Shown piece by piece: positions 18,228 to 28,820 of a stretch of DNA of 64,000 nt. The position numbers and the translations under genes are program-made. The notes beneath the pieces were generated by a model. That model did not search any database. It worked only from the letters and a program-made list of their open reading frames with translations, and had not been told where the DNA came from. Every line of letters begins with the position of its first letter. Position 1 is the first letter of the stretch. The DNA is from Candidatus Woesearchaeota archaeon (GTDB taxonomy: Archaea > Nanobdellota > Nanobdellia > Woesearchaeales > SM23-78), in assembly GCA_019322375.1 (NCBI GenBank), contig JAHWIP010000003.1, positions 6,792 to 70,791 of the forward strand, written 5' to 3'.

Positions 18228-19388
18228 TTAAATTATGTGCTCTATTTCATGCACCTGCATTAGCTTGCTCTTAGTATAATTCTTTTCCAGTGCTTTCATC
18301 CTTTCGTATAGTGTTGTTAAGCAGATAAATTTCTGGTCTTCTTCTTTTTTCAAATGGTACTGCGGGGTGAATGGAAACTCTTCTAGAACTCTGAGATTGT
18401 TTTCAAGCCCATAGTAAAAAATAACCAGCTCTCCAATATTCCCTTCTAATGATGTCCATTTTTTTAAAGAAAATTCTAAGGTTGGCTTATAATCTTCAAG
18501 AAGCCGGATATAATTCTCTGGCCTGGCAATAACAGGCAGTTCTGTGCTTCCTTTTGGTTTTTGTTTCTGTGGAATTTTAAACAAGCGGTGGATTGTTTTT
18601 CCAGCCTGTCTTCTTGACTGGGGAATGCTTATTACTCTGTAAAGCAGTTTTGAGAATTGTTCCCAGTATAATTGTTTTTCTTTTGGCATTTTTTTCTTTG
18701 TTATGCCTGTTCTTTTGGCCATCTCTTTTTTTACAGGCTCTATTGTTTCCTCTGTTACTTCATCATAAAATCGGCTTGCTAGGTACCATAATTTTGCGCT
18801 TCCAGGTTTTTCTATATCAAAATCTTTTGCTATGTTTGCAGGTATAACCAGTTCTTCAAGTTTCATTTCTTTCATTTCTTTTGGAGAAATAATTTTTTCT
18901 ATTTCATTTGTCACTCTTAGATCTGTTGCATTTGAAACATATCCCAGCATATTGGTCATTAGGCATTTCCATTCAAGAAAAGGCGCTTTTTCTAATGTTT
19001 TTTTGCCTCTTCTTGTAACTTCTATTTCATAGGTTCTCATGACGTTCATTTCAACTCCTTGCTTCCAAAGGTCGGTCATGTGTTTTACAAATATGGACAT
19101 TTCATCAAATACATCCTGATATTTTGGGTTTATTACCTGCACATCTGTTACTAATCCAAAACTGATTCCATCCAGGCTAAAGTCTTTTGGTCTTATTGGT
19201 GATTCTTTTGGAAGGTGTTTATCATCATACCCTGTTTTTGCTTTTAGCTGTGCTGTGCCTAAATCTATTATTCCTTCTTTTATATCAGAAAGAACATCTC
19301 TGTCTGCCCTTACCCTTTCTTTGGTTGCTTTTTCCCCCATTTCCTCATAAGCTTGGGGTTTTACCAGAATTGCATGTTCTAAATTCAT
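18228..19388 (-). CDS. Conserved hypothetical protein (386 aa), function not recognised
   Basis: Long uninterrupted ORF with normal composition; no motif identified by eye. Confidence 0.4.
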   Translation of the reverse strand: MNLEHAILVKPQAYEEMGEKATKERVRADRDVLSDIKEGIIDLGTAQLKAKTGYDDKHLPKESPIRPKDFSLDGISFGLVTDVQVINPKYQDVFDEMSIFVKHMTDLWKQGVEMNVMRTYEIEVTRRGKKTLEKAPFLEWKCLMTNMLGYVSNATDLRVTNEIEKIISPKEMKEMKLEELVIPANIAKDFDIEKPGSAKLWYLASRFYDEVTEETIEPVKKEMAKRTGITKKKMPKEKQLYWEQFSKLLYRVISIPQSRRQAGKTIHRLFKIPQKQKPKGSTELPVIARPENYIRLLEDYKPTLEFSLKKWTSLEGNIGELVIFYYGLENNLRVLEEFPFTPQYHLKKEEDQKFICLTTLYERMKALEKNYTKSKLMQVHEIEHII

Positions 19389-19569
19389 TTTAACTACCTC
19401 TTCTTTGGTTAGGTCTAACCTTTTATCATATCCTCCTAATCATTTCTCAAAGTCTTTTAGGTAATACTGTAATTTTTATTAAACTATCTAATCTATTTAA
19501 ATTTTTGAGGTGATAAACTTCACCACACTATTCAAAAGCTTTTTAAACCAAGTCCTCTTTCTGAGCAGT

Positions 19570-20289
19570 ATGAACCAGCACTTCCTGGAACAAGCAGGAT
19601 TAACATCAACAGAAGCAAAAATATACCTGTGCCTGCTGGAAAAAGGCTCAATAAGAGCAGGAGAGATATCAACACACACAGGCATACACAGGAGAAGCGT
19701 GTATGACTCTGTTGAACGCCTGATACAAAAAGGCCTGGCATCGTATATAAAAACTAACAACAGAAGGTATTACAAGGCAGCTGACCCTGAGAAGCTGCTG
19801 GAACTGCTCAAAGAAAAACAAGACAACATAAAGCAGATAATGCCAGAGCTAGAACTCCTGAGAAAATATTCAGAAGAAAAAAAAGAAACTGTTTTTTTCA
19901 GGGGCAAACAAGCCATAAAAACAGTTTTTGACGACCAGATAAAAGCAGGCAAGGAAATACTGGTGTTTGGAGACGCAGTTAATGTAAACGAGATAATAAA
20001 ATACTATTTCCTGCACTTTGACAAGCAAAGAATAGACAAGAAGATAAGAGTAAAAATGCTTTTTGATGAGAGCGCAAGAAAAGAAAAATACCTGAAAAAA
20101 ATCCCCTTGGCAGAGATAAGATTCATAAAAAAAGGAAGCAAAGCATCCACATCAACAAACATATACGGCGATAAAGTGTCCATAATCATGTGGGAAAAGA
20201 ATCCCAAAGCTATATTAATAAAAGAAGCCTCCCTGGCCCAGAGCTTTAAAAGCTATTTTGAATTCATGTGGGGGTTTGCAAGGAAATGA
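19570..20289 (+). CDS. TrmB-family transcriptional regulator
   Basis: GLTSTEAKIYLCLLEKGSIRAGEISTHTGIHRRSVYDSVERLIQKGLA = TrmB N-terminal wHTH; heads glycosylation operon. Confidence 0.65.
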   Translation: MNQHFLEQAGLTSTEAKIYLCLLEKGSIRAGEISTHTGIHRRSVYDSVERLIQKGLASYIKTNNRRYYKAADPEKLLELLKEKQDNIKQIMPELELLRKYSEEKKETVFFRGKQAIKTVFDDQIKAGKEILVFGDAVNVNEIIKYYFLHFDKQRIDKKIRVKMLFDESARKEKYLKKIPLAEIRFIKKGSKASTSTNIYGDKVSIIMWEKNPKAILIKEASLAQSFKSYFEFMWGFARK

Positions 20290-21788
20290 AAAAACCCAAA
20301 AACGGAAAAAAGAAATTTTCAAGAGAATACTTCTTTGTAATCCTGCTCTTCCTGATAATCCTGGGTGCAAGGCTCTTTATTACTTTAAATGAGCCAGGCT
20401 TTGAATATGATGCTTATGATGCTCTTAGGCAGGCAGAGCATATAAAACAAACAGGGCTTCCATTATTCCAGGACTCTCTTAGTTACTCTGGCAGAATCCT
20501 GGTCTTTCCTCCGTTTTTCTATTACTTGCTGGCTGGTTTTAGCTTTATCCTTCCTTTGACCCTTGTTGCCAAGCTAATACCCAGCATTGCATTCTCTGCT
20601 TTGGTCATAGTGATATATCTCATAGCAAAGCATATTACCAAGAACAGAACAGCTGCTTTTATTGCAGCATTGTTTTCAGGCTTTGTGCCTGTACTGTACA
20701 CCACTCTTAACCAGGTGTCTGTTTATTCATTAAGCCTTTTGCTCATCTTTCTTCTTAGCTATGCATTTCTACGCATAGAGGAAAAAGGCTTTGTAATTCT
20801 GAGCATAGTTTTAACAGCAGTACTATTACTAACCCACACCTCTATTTTTGTTCTGCTCATAAGCTTTCTGGTATATTTCCTTATCTTAAGGCTTGAAAAG
20901 CAAAAACTTAGCATAAAAGAAGTTGAGACAACCCTGTTCCTGTTTTTTCTAGCCCTTTGGTTAAATATTTTATTATATAAAAAAGCCTTTTTTTTACATG
21001 GGATAAGCTTTATACGGCAGAACATTCCTGCGCCCTTGTTATCTGCTTATTTTATGGATATAAGCTTTTTAGGGGTGATATATGCTGTTGGACTAATCCC
21101 TCTTCTGCTTGGAGTGTATGCTGTTTATCATGTTCTCTTTAAAACCAGGAGCAGAGCAGCAACCCTGTTCATCAGTTTTGCTCTTGTCTCTTTCATTATG
21201 CTCTGGCTTAAACTAATACCTTTTAGAGCAGGCTTATTGTTCCTAAGCCTAAACCTCATAATCCTTTCTGCTTATTCAATAAAGATAATTCTGGTCAGCA
21301 TAAGCAAAACAAGAATGCCCCGCTTGTCAATAATAGCAATAACCTTTATTATAATCCTTTTTGTGCTAACAACTGCAACTCCTTTTGTTTCCACCCTGAC
21401 CATCCACAGACCCCCTGCCGAGGATATTAAGGCTTTGGAATGGATTAAGGAGAACACACATGAAGATGATATTGTTCTTGGCAGAGTTGAAGAAGGCTTT
21501 TTAATTAATTATATAGCAGAAAGAAAGAATGTTGCTGATTCCAACTTCTTATTTATCAAGAATATTAATCAAAGATACGAGGATGTTAATCATTTGTTTA
21601 CTCTGAGACTAAAATCAGAAGCTGTCAGGCTTATTAACAAGTATGACATTGATTACATCTTTTTATCAACTCGGAGCATGGATGAATACAGCATGGCTGA
21701 GCTCTTTTATGCAGAGGAGGACTGCCTTGAACTGGTTTATGACAAGGATGCCCTTATATACGAGTTCCTGAGGTGCAATATAGAATGA
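20286..21788 (+). CDS. GT-C-type integral membrane glycosyltransferase (ArnT/PMT-like) with C-terminal soluble domain
   Basis: About 500 aa, about 11 TM helices then about 130-aa soluble tail; paralog of next gene. Confidence 0.4.
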   Translation: MKKPKNGKKKFSREYFFVILLFLIILGARLFITLNEPGFEYDAYDALRQAEHIKQTGLPLFQDSLSYSGRILVFPPFFYYLLAGFSFILPLTLVAKLIPSIAFSALVIVIYLIAKHITKNRTAAFIAALFSGFVPVLYTTLNQVSVYSLSLLLIFLLSYAFLRIEEKGFVILSIVLTAVLLLTHTSIFVLLISFLVYFLILRLEKQKLSIKEVETTLFLFFLALWLNILLYKKAFFLHGISFIRQNIPAPLLSAYFMDISFLGVIYAVGLIPLLLGVYAVYHVLFKTRSRAATLFISFALVSFIMLWLKLIPFRAGLLFLSLNLIILSAYSIKIILVSISKTRMPRLSIIAITFIIILFVLTTATPFVSTLTIHRPPAEDIKALEWIKENTHEDDIVLGRVEEGFLINYIAERKNVADSNFLFIKNINQRYEDVNHLFTLRLKSEAVRLINKYDIDYIFLSTRSMDEYSMAELFYAEEDCLELVYDKDALIYEFLRCNIE

Positions 21789-23254
21789 AAAAATCAGCTG
21801 ATAATAAAACCATTCAGACTGAAAGAACAATAAAGAACAAGCACAGGATATTAATCTTTGCATTAGTATTGCTGGTCATTGTATTGTCACTGGTAATCAT
21901 TATACGTCTTAAACAGCACCAGCCAATTTTCCCGGCAGGCGAGTCTTATTATAATCTTAGGATGGCGCAAGCCTTGAAATCTGATTTCTTGTTAACCAAG
22001 GACCCTGTCCAGGGAACCCTTTATGAACCCAACCCTTACCACTACTTGCTGGCCCTGCTGTTATTTTTATTCCCTGTTGAAATAGTATCCTTGTTCCTCC
22101 CATTAATCCTAGGAGTGGTTTGCGCAGCCCTTTTCTATAAATTACTCTTATTAATCAGGGTTAAGCAGAAGATGGCAGCTTTTTCCCTTATAATATTGTC
22201 AGTTACTCCTGCTTTTATCAGTTTGTTCACCGGGGTATACATGCCTGGCTTTGTAATCTTTGTGAGCCTGCTCATTCTTGTGCTTTCTCTTAATAAGAGG
22301 CATGCTTATCAGGCTCTGTGTGTTTTGTTATTCATACTCCTGGCTTTAACCAGCCTGACAGGTTTTGTTATAACCTTGCTAATACTATTATTTCTTTGCC
22401 TGGTTCTTAAGAGGAAAGTCAAAGTCTTTTATGTTCCTTTAATAATTTCAGGCCTGCTGATTGCTCTCTTAACCATTTTCTCAAATCATACTAATTATAC
22501 TCCCAGGATGCTTGGGTTTCATGGGTTTGCTTTTAAGAGCATATTATCGGTTCTGCAGGCAACTCTTGGGTTTGACTTGTTTCTTATTCTTTTGTTCTGC
22601 TCTGGCTTTGTCATTGTATGGATTAAGGCAAAGGAAAAAAAACTGTTTCACCTGCCAGTCCTGCTTTTTGTAATTCTCTCTTTTTTTAACATCATTGCAA
22701 GGGCTTATGCTAGTGTTATAATAACTGTTTACTGTGTTAGTGCAATAACTTATTTTTATAACAGGAAATGGGACTTAAAGGTTATCAGAACAGGCACTTT
22801 GCTCTTGGTATTCTGCAGCCTGGTATTCTCAGTTCTGAACCAGGTCAACATACTCTCAGCTGCTCAGCCAGATATAGAAATGGAAAAGGCTCTTTTATTT
22901 CTCAGAGATTTGGATGAGGGCAGGGTTTTAACTGTTGAAGAAAACGGCTTTTTAGTTGAGTTTTACTCTGGGAAAAAAGTACTGCTTGACTCAAATTCAT
23001 TCATGTATTCAGATTATCCTGTGTTAAAAAAAGATTCAGATGATTTATTCAGTGCTACAAGGCTTAAGGAAGCAGAGCCTTTGCTTGAAAAGCATGATTT
23101 GCATTATATATTGATAACCCCTGCTATGAAGGAAGAGTTATGGGAGGGCCGTGAGCAGGAACTCTGGTTCCTGGTCATGCACAGCGAGAGCTTTACCAAG
23201 AAGTATGATAAGCAGGATGTGGAGATATGGGAATACACATCAACACCTGTTTAG
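21773..23254 (+). CDS. GT-C-type integral membrane glycosyltransferase, paralog
   Basis: 493 aa, same architecture; start overlaps upstream stop. Confidence 0.4.
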   Translation: MQYRMKKSADNKTIQTERTIKNKHRILIFALVLLVIVLSLVIIIRLKQHQPIFPAGESYYNLRMAQALKSDFLLTKDPVQGTLYEPNPYHYLLALLLFLFPVEIVSLFLPLILGVVCAALFYKLLLLIRVKQKMAAFSLIILSVTPAFISLFTGVYMPGFVIFVSLLILVLSLNKRHAYQALCVLLFILLALTSLTGFVITLLILLFLCLVLKRKVKVFYVPLIISGLLIALLTIFSNHTNYTPRMLGFHGFAFKSILSVLQATLGFDLFLILLFCSGFVIVWIKAKEKKLFHLPVLLFVILSFFNIIARAYASVIITVYCVSAITYFYNRKWDLKVIRTGTLLLVFCSLVFSVLNQVNILSAAQPDIEMEKALLFLRDLDEGRVLTVEENGFLVEFYSGKKVLLDSNSFMYSDYPVLKKDSDDLFSATRLKEAEPLLEKHDLHYILITPAMKEELWEGREQELWFLVMHSESFTKKYDKQDVEIWEYTSTPV

Positions 23255-23267
23255 AGGAGGATTGTTA

Positions 23268-24530
23268 ATGCTGGAATTCGGAGAGGTCCTGATATCTGTA
23301 ATTGCTTTTGTTAGTTTGTACACTGCTATTTTCTTTATAATTACTCTTCTTGAGCATAAAAACAACATCACCAGGCCAGAGCATCGCTTAAAAAATCCTT
23401 TTGTGTGCATAATTGTTCCTTGCTATAATGAAGAAGCAACTCTTGCAAAAACTCTTGACTCGCTTTTAAAACTTGATTATCCAAGAAATAAATTGGATAT
23501 ACTTGTTGTTGATGACGGCTCAACAGATAATACTTACAAAGTTGCAAAGAAGTATGTTTCAAAAGGCATAAGAGTATTTAGAAAAAAAAATGAAGGAAAA
23601 TACACTGCTCTTAACCTTGGGCTTTCAAAAACCAAAGCAGAGTTTGTAGGGGCGCTTGATGCTGATTCATTTGTCCATCCCAAAGCGCTTAAAAGAATAA
23701 TTGCTTATTTTGATAATCCAAAAGTAATGGCAGTAACCCCGTCTTTAAGAGTTTACAAGCCCAAAAAATTAATTCAAAAAATCCAGATGATTGAATATGC
23801 TTTTGGCATCTTTTTTAGAAAGATGTATTCGTTAATCGGGAGTGTGCATGTAACTCCAGGTCCTCTTTCAATTTACAGGAAAAGCTTTTTTGACAAGCAC
23901 GGCATTTACAAAAAAGCTCACTTAACAGAAGATATTGAAATGGCTCTTAGAATTCAGTCTCATAATTACCTTATTGAGAATGCAGTCAATGCATATGTTT
24001 TTACTGTCAGCCCCCAGAACTTCAGGGACCTTTATAACCAGCGAAAAAGGTGGTACAATGGTTTTTTAAAAAACATAATAGATTATAAGCACATGATGTT
24101 CTCAAAAAGGCATGGCAATCTGGGGATGTACACCCTTCCTCTTGCATTTATCTCGATAGGGCTTCTAATAGTTACCTTAAGTTATGTGGTTTACAAATTT
24201 GTAAAAGGAACATGGGATAATTATCTGTATGCAAGAGCAGTTGACTTTGACATTTTCAGATTTAATTTTGACTTTGACCTGTTCTTGGTAAACGTGAACA
24301 CAGCCATTATACTGGGATTAATAACAATATTAATAGGAGTGGTGCTCTTTATCCTCTCTGTCAAGTATTCAGAAGAAAAAAAGAAAATAGTTTTTTCATA
24401 CATAATATACACTCTTACGTATGCCTTTTTTTTTGGTTTTTGGTGGCTTGCTGTGATTTTTAATAATATAATCGGAAGAAAGGTTGTTTGGAAACCCAAA
24501 AAAGCAATTGATAAGAAATCAATTACCTGA
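23268..24530 (+). CDS. Processive family-2 glycosyltransferase (cellulose/chitin-synthase-like, QxxRW)
   Basis: CIIVPCYNEE..LVVDDGSTDNT (DXD region), ..DAD.., QRKRWYNG (Q(Q/R)xRW), TM helices both ends; AGGAGG 10 nt upstream of ATG. Confidence 0.7.
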   Translation: MLEFGEVLISVIAFVSLYTAIFFIITLLEHKNNITRPEHRLKNPFVCIIVPCYNEEATLAKTLDSLLKLDYPRNKLDILVVDDGSTDNTYKVAKKYVSKGIRVFRKKNEGKYTALNLGLSKTKAEFVGALDADSFVHPKALKRIIAYFDNPKVMAVTPSLRVYKPKKLIQKIQMIEYAFGIFFRKMYSLIGSVHVTPGPLSIYRKSFFDKHGIYKKAHLTEDIEMALRIQSHNYLIENAVNAYVFTVSPQNFRDLYNQRKRWYNGFLKNIIDYKHMMFSKRHGNLGMYTLPLAFISIGLLIVTLSYVVYKFVKGTWDNYLYARAVDFDIFRFNFDFDLFLVNVNTAIILGLITILIGVVLFILSVKYSEEKKKIVFSYIIYTLTYAFFFGFWWLAVIFNNIIGRKVVWKPKKAIDKKSIT

Positions 24531-24608
24531 CCTTACCTGATATTGCCTGACAGTTGGTGGCTGTTCAATAGAAAATATTTATAAAAAGAACCGGTTTTGT
24601 GTGTTAAG

Positions 24609-25319
24609 ATGGCAAAGAAAAAACATCCCAGAAATATTGATTTACAAAAATATGTTCTGGTATTAGCACTTACAATAATTATCTTTGGCTCAGGAGTGGC
24701 GCTTGGTAACTGGGTTGCTTCAAAAAAATTCACAAGCGTGGAAAACCTGGGCCAGGAACTGAGAACAGACATTATTGCCCTTGAGCTCCAGCAGGACCTT
24801 ATAGAAGCTGACCCTTGCAGGGAAACAGGCCTGGGCCCTCTTTCACAGCAACTTTACACCCTGGGCACAAGGCTGGATTTTATGGAGAGCCGGCTTGGGA
24901 CTAATAACGAGGAGGTTATACGCTTAAAACAGTATTATTCATTAATTGAGATAAGGCACTGGCTTTTTATGAGAGAGATTAACCAGGGATGCAACCAGAG
25001 CAATGTGTTAATACTCTATTTTTATTCCAACCTGAACGACTGTTCTAAGTGCGAGGAGCAAGGATATGTTTTGTCTTATCTTCACAAAAAGCATCCTGAT
25101 GTTATGATTTACTCTTTTGACAAGAACATGAATAATCCTGCTCTTGACACTATCAAAGAAGAATTTAATATCCATCAAGCCCCTACTATTGTGATTAACA
25201 CTGATGCTTATCCTGGCTATCAGAGCAGGAACTTTATAGAAAGAATGATAAGCTATTACCAGGGAGAAGAAGAACGAGAAGAAGAAGCTGTTGAACAGCA
25301 GGAGCAGCAAGAACAATAG
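24609..25319 (+). CDS. Membrane-anchored thioredoxin-fold protein (CxxC) with acidic C-terminal tail
   Basis: N-terminal TM; LNDCSKCEEQGYV..APTIVIN (CxxC and cis-Pro region); tail EEEREEEAVEQQEQQEQ. Confidence 0.35.
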   Translation: MAKKKHPRNIDLQKYVLVLALTIIIFGSGVALGNWVASKKFTSVENLGQELRTDIIALELQQDLIEADPCRETGLGPLSQQLYTLGTRLDFMESRLGTNNEEVIRLKQYYSLIEIRHWLFMREINQGCNQSNVLILYFYSNLNDCSKCEEQGYVLSYLHKKHPDVMIYSFDKNMNNPALDTIKEEFNIHQAPTIVINTDAYPGYQSRNFIERMISYYQGEEEREEEAVEQQEQQEQ

Positions 25320-25329
25320 AAACTTTTAT

Positions 25330-25815
25330 TCATTTTATGTTTATCAAGTCACCAATGGTTATATCCCCTGACAAACCCTTTTTCTTACTGCTGATTCCTG
25401 GATCATCAAGCTCAACTTCTTCTATCACTTTTATTCTTAAGAATTTCTCAAGCTTTCTGGCTAAAGGAATGCCTGGCTTTATTCTCCCAGACTCAAGCTT
25501 GTGAATAACACTCTCTTTTTCAGCAATCTTTTTAGCAAGCTCTTTTTGCTTTAACCCTAGTTTTTCCCTTTTTTTCTTAATTAATCCTGGGTAAGTAGAA
25601 GTGATAATCTGCACTGTTTCAGATTCTTTCTTAGGCTTGATATCCATGTGCTCAAACATGCCTTGTTTTTTCTTCTTGCTTTTCTTAACAGGCTCTTCCC
25701 TCTTAAGCCTGGCAATAATCCTGCCATAAGAAGAACATTTCTCGCAAACATTTAATCTGGAACCTTCTAATTCAATCCTATAAACACTTTCAGGAGAAGA
25801 ACACATGTCGCACAT
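25330..25815 (-). CDS. Archaeal MBF1 (Zn-ribbon + XRE-type HTH)
   Basis: MCDMCSS..CEKCSS Zn ribbon; C-terminal LGLKQKELAKKIAEKESVIHKLESG HTH. Confidence 0.7.
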   Translation of the reverse strand: MCDMCSSPESVYRIELEGSRLNVCEKCSSYGRIIARLKREEPVKKSKKKKQGMFEHMDIKPKKESETVQIITSTYPGLIKKKREKLGLKQKELAKKIAEKESVIHKLESGRIKPGIPLARKLEKFLRIKVIEEVELDDPGISSKKKGLSGDITIGDLINIK

Positions 25816-25877
25816 GCTATCACCCCACTTACAGGTATCATGGCTTGAGCCATATATAAAATTATTGGTAGTTAGTT

Positions 25878-26279
25878 CTATATATATTCAAGTAATTTAT
25901 TAATTTGGTGTTTATAAACATGGTTGTTCGGTAGCTTTCCAAACATTTCTTCTAAAGCATCTAACGAAACCCATTTTAATGCACTAATTTCATCTTTTTT
26001 TCTACTTTCTTTTCCTCTGCTTACTTTAGCATGATAATCAAATCTTTCAAGAATATCTCCTTTGGAGCCTGAATGAAAATAATGATCAAGTAATTTAACA
26101 ATTTCAATTAAATATCCTGTTTCTTCCTTTATACCTCTTTTAATTCCTTCTTCTGGTGTTTCCGCAGGTTTAATTGTTTCTGATGGAATTTTCCATTTTT
26201 TAGAATCTATTTCTTTAACTAATAGATATTCTCCTTTATTATTTTCAACAAAGGCACTGCTTATTATGACTTTATTCAT
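25878..26279 (-). CDS. NUDIX hydrolase
   Basis: GIKRGIKEETGYLIE = Nudix box (REx2EExGU). Confidence 0.65.
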   Translation of the reverse strand: MNKVIISSAFVENNKGEYLLVKEIDSKKWKIPSETIKPAETPEEGIKRGIKEETGYLIEIVKLLDHYFHSGSKGDILERFDYHAKVSRGKESRKKDEISALKWVSLDALEEMFGKLPNNHVYKHQINKLLEYI

Positions 26280-26359
26280 AAAAACCTAAGAACAAGGCGC
26301 CATATTTAAATTTTACTATTATGAAGTAATAAATTAATTTGTTATTGAATACAACGTAT

Positions 26360-27526
26360 TCATACTTTTTCAACCACCACAACCTCATACCTCTGCTTGC
26401 CAGCCCAGAGTTCATATTCTTTTATTAATTTGAAGGCCTTGGTTATCATTTGTTTGAGCAGGCTGGTGTTTTCTGTTAACAAAACCATTAATCCTTGCTT
26501 TTTCATCACAAACTCTGCTTGGTAAAACAATTCTTTGTAAAGCTTGGTTATGAATGATTTAGATGTGTGCTTGCTTGGGCATGGTATTCTTGAGGCAATA
26601 ATATCAACACTTGCCTTGTCTAGCTTGGTGTCAAGCCATTCAACATCCATTTTAGAGAATCCAATGATTTTATCAACTCCTGCAAGCTTTGAGTTCTTTT
26701 TAGAAGCCTCAACATTTCTTAGCATTGAATCCAGGCCTAATATATTTAACTTTGTTTTTGTATCTGCTTTTGAATCAAGTTTTTTAAAAAAACCATCCCA
26801 GTTATTTTTTTTGTATGGCTTTAGTTTTTTAAAAGCAAAATCCTTTGAATAATAATTAACACTTAGCTTGGAGGCATAAAGAGCAGCTTCTATGCACACA
26901 AGCCCTGACTTGCAAATAACATCAACCAACTTCTTTTTGCCATCAAACCCTGCAATCCTTGAAATGGCATAGCTAAGATTAGCATTAACAATTCCTGGTG
27001 CAGAAAAGATTTTGTACTGGCGCTTGCTTAAATCCCTGCCAATCAGGTCAACTCCAAGATAAGCCTTGTTATTGTTTATAAAAACATAAAAAATAGTATC
27101 AGGCGATTCCATTTTAGCCTTAGGAGCAAAGCCAAGCTCTTTTTTCACTCTTAAAATGATTTTTTCTCCCAAGTCCTGCTCAACAGTGCTGCTCCCAAAT
27201 CTGTGCCTGCCCATGCGCTTGCACTCAACCTTAAAAGTGGTGTTTTTATCAAACCACTCCTTAAACTTGATTTTATTTATTTCTTTCTCAAACTTTGATA
27301 ATAAGTCTTTAGACTCTTTAAACTCAAAGTTTGCAAATAATAATAAAACTCTTTCAATGCTCTGGGCAAAGTAGCAGAACTTAAACAAATCCTGAAAGGA
27401 TTTGCAATTAAAAATAACAGCGCAATCCTCTGCTTTTACTTCTTTACCTTTGACCTTTATAAGTTCATCTAGTTCTAAGAGAGCAATCCTTTCTAAGCCT
27501 TTGTCAGTGATGGTGAAGGCTTGCAT
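26360..27526 (-). CDS. THUMP-domain RNA methyltransferase family (Trm14/RlmL-like); canonical NPPY motif not evident
   Basis: N-term ITDKGLERIALLEL, ..YLGVDLIGRDLSKRQYKIFSAPGIVNANLSYAI..LVDVICKSGLVCIEAA matches RlmL/Trm14 pattern; motif IV region reads RIPCP. Confidence 0.5.
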   Translation of the reverse strand: MQAFTITDKGLERIALLELDELIKVKGKEVKAEDCAVIFNCKSFQDLFKFCYFAQSIERVLLLFANFEFKESKDLLSKFEKEINKIKFKEWFDKNTTFKVECKRMGRHRFGSSTVEQDLGEKIILRVKKELGFAPKAKMESPDTIFYVFINNNKAYLGVDLIGRDLSKRQYKIFSAPGIVNANLSYAISRIAGFDGKKKLVDVICKSGLVCIEAALYASKLSVNYYSKDFAFKKLKPYKKNNWDGFFKKLDSKADTKTKLNILGLDSMLRNVEASKKNSKLAGVDKIIGFSKMDVEWLDTKLDKASVDIIASRIPCPSKHTSKSFITKLYKELFYQAEFVMKKQGLMVLLTENTSLLKQMITKAFKLIKEYELWAGKQRYEVVVVEKV

Positions 27527-27568
27527 GGTAAAAAAGAGAAAATCTGATGTTTATAAAAAGTTTGTTTA

Positions 27569-28780
27569 TTAGAGTAATTCTTCAGGAAAAGGATATTGCT
27601 CTTTTTCCCATATCTCTTTTCCATCACTAGATTTATAATAGTAATTAGCCAAGTAGTTCTCAGTAAAACAAACTACTAATTTATTAAACCAATAAAGATT
27701 GCAGGCTTCTGTTTTTTCTATTTTAAAGCAAACCAAGCCGTCATCCAAAACAACCTTTTCGATCTCTTCTTCAGGACATTCTTCATATTGGTATATACGT
27801 TTTAATACATTAAAGAGAAATAGTTTTTGCATTTGTTCAGGATTCTCTTCAAATAGTGTACTATTTCGGATAATTCTTTTCTCTCCTGTTTCTTCATTAG
27901 TTTTTAATAATAAATACTGGATATACTCTCCATTACAGAAGTAAGCATGTTCTTTATTAATTTCAATAGAAAACTCAGAGCCAGGGAAATAATTGTGTGT
28001 GGTTTGGTTAACTTTAAAGCAATCTTCAGAAGGATTTCCAAGATAACTGATTAATTCTGGATAAACCGACTCCTTGCAATCTCCTTCGCAGCCTTTGAGT
28101 TGCTCACTAATCTTAAAATCAAAAATTAATTGTTCAAAGGTTTTCTTTATATCATTAATTTGATTTGTATCTAATTCATATCCTACAAGCTTCCATCTAA
28201 CCAGATTTCCACAATGTCCTCCATAATCCTCATAATACATTAATTCATCATTATTATTAAAACATATCATAAAAGTCGGTTTATCTAATTCCAGAATAGA
28301 AAAACAGTTTATACCATTAATTGGAACTTTTGAAAAATGAATATCTAGCTTTGGTTGAAGCTTGTTCTTCAATATGTTAATGATTCTATCAATAGATAGT
28401 GGTGTAGTACGTAAACTAATTTCGTCAGATAAATTAACGTTTTCATATAAAGGTTCACACTCTTCATGGCTTTTACACGAATATTTTTCTTCATCTTTAT
28501 ATCCTTCGCGTCCATAAAAACCATCTATTTTATGAAATTCTACTAACCGACCATCTTCAAATCTTCCAGACATATTTTTTTCTATTGTTCCTCCTGACCA
28601 TGAGCATCTATAAAATTGTGTGAATTGATAATCACCTGGGATTCCAACAGATTCCAGTTTATCGTAGAATTCTTTATTCTCACCAACCAAATTAGAAGCA
28701 TCTTCTGGTGGCTTAGAACCACATCCAGTAATCAAGAAAAGAAGGCATATTATTAAGATTCCATTTAATATTTTGTGCAT
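27569..28780 (-). CDS. Cys-rich lipoprotein, unknown function
   Basis: MHKILNGILIICLLFLITGCGSK = signal peptide + lipobox; 403 aa with about 20 Cys. Confidence 0.5.
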   Translation of the reverse strand: MHKILNGILIICLLFLITGCGSKPPEDASNLVGENKEFYDKLESVGIPGDYQFTQFYRCSWSGGTIEKNMSGRFEDGRLVEFHKIDGFYGREGYKDEEKYSCKSHEECEPLYENVNLSDEISLRTTPLSIDRIINILKNKLQPKLDIHFSKVPINGINCFSILELDKPTFMICFNNNDELMYYEDYGGHCGNLVRWKLVGYELDTNQINDIKKTFEQLIFDFKISEQLKGCEGDCKESVYPELISYLGNPSEDCFKVNQTTHNYFPGSEFSIEINKEHAYFCNGEYIQYLLLKTNEETGEKRIIRNSTLFEENPEQMQKLFLFNVLKRIYQYEECPEEEIEKVVLDDGLVCFKIEKTEACNLYWFNKLVVCFTENYLANYYYKSSDGKEIWEKEQYPFPEELL

Positions 28781-28820
28781 ATTACATATTTATTTTCTTT
28801 TTTTAAATTATTTTCTATTA

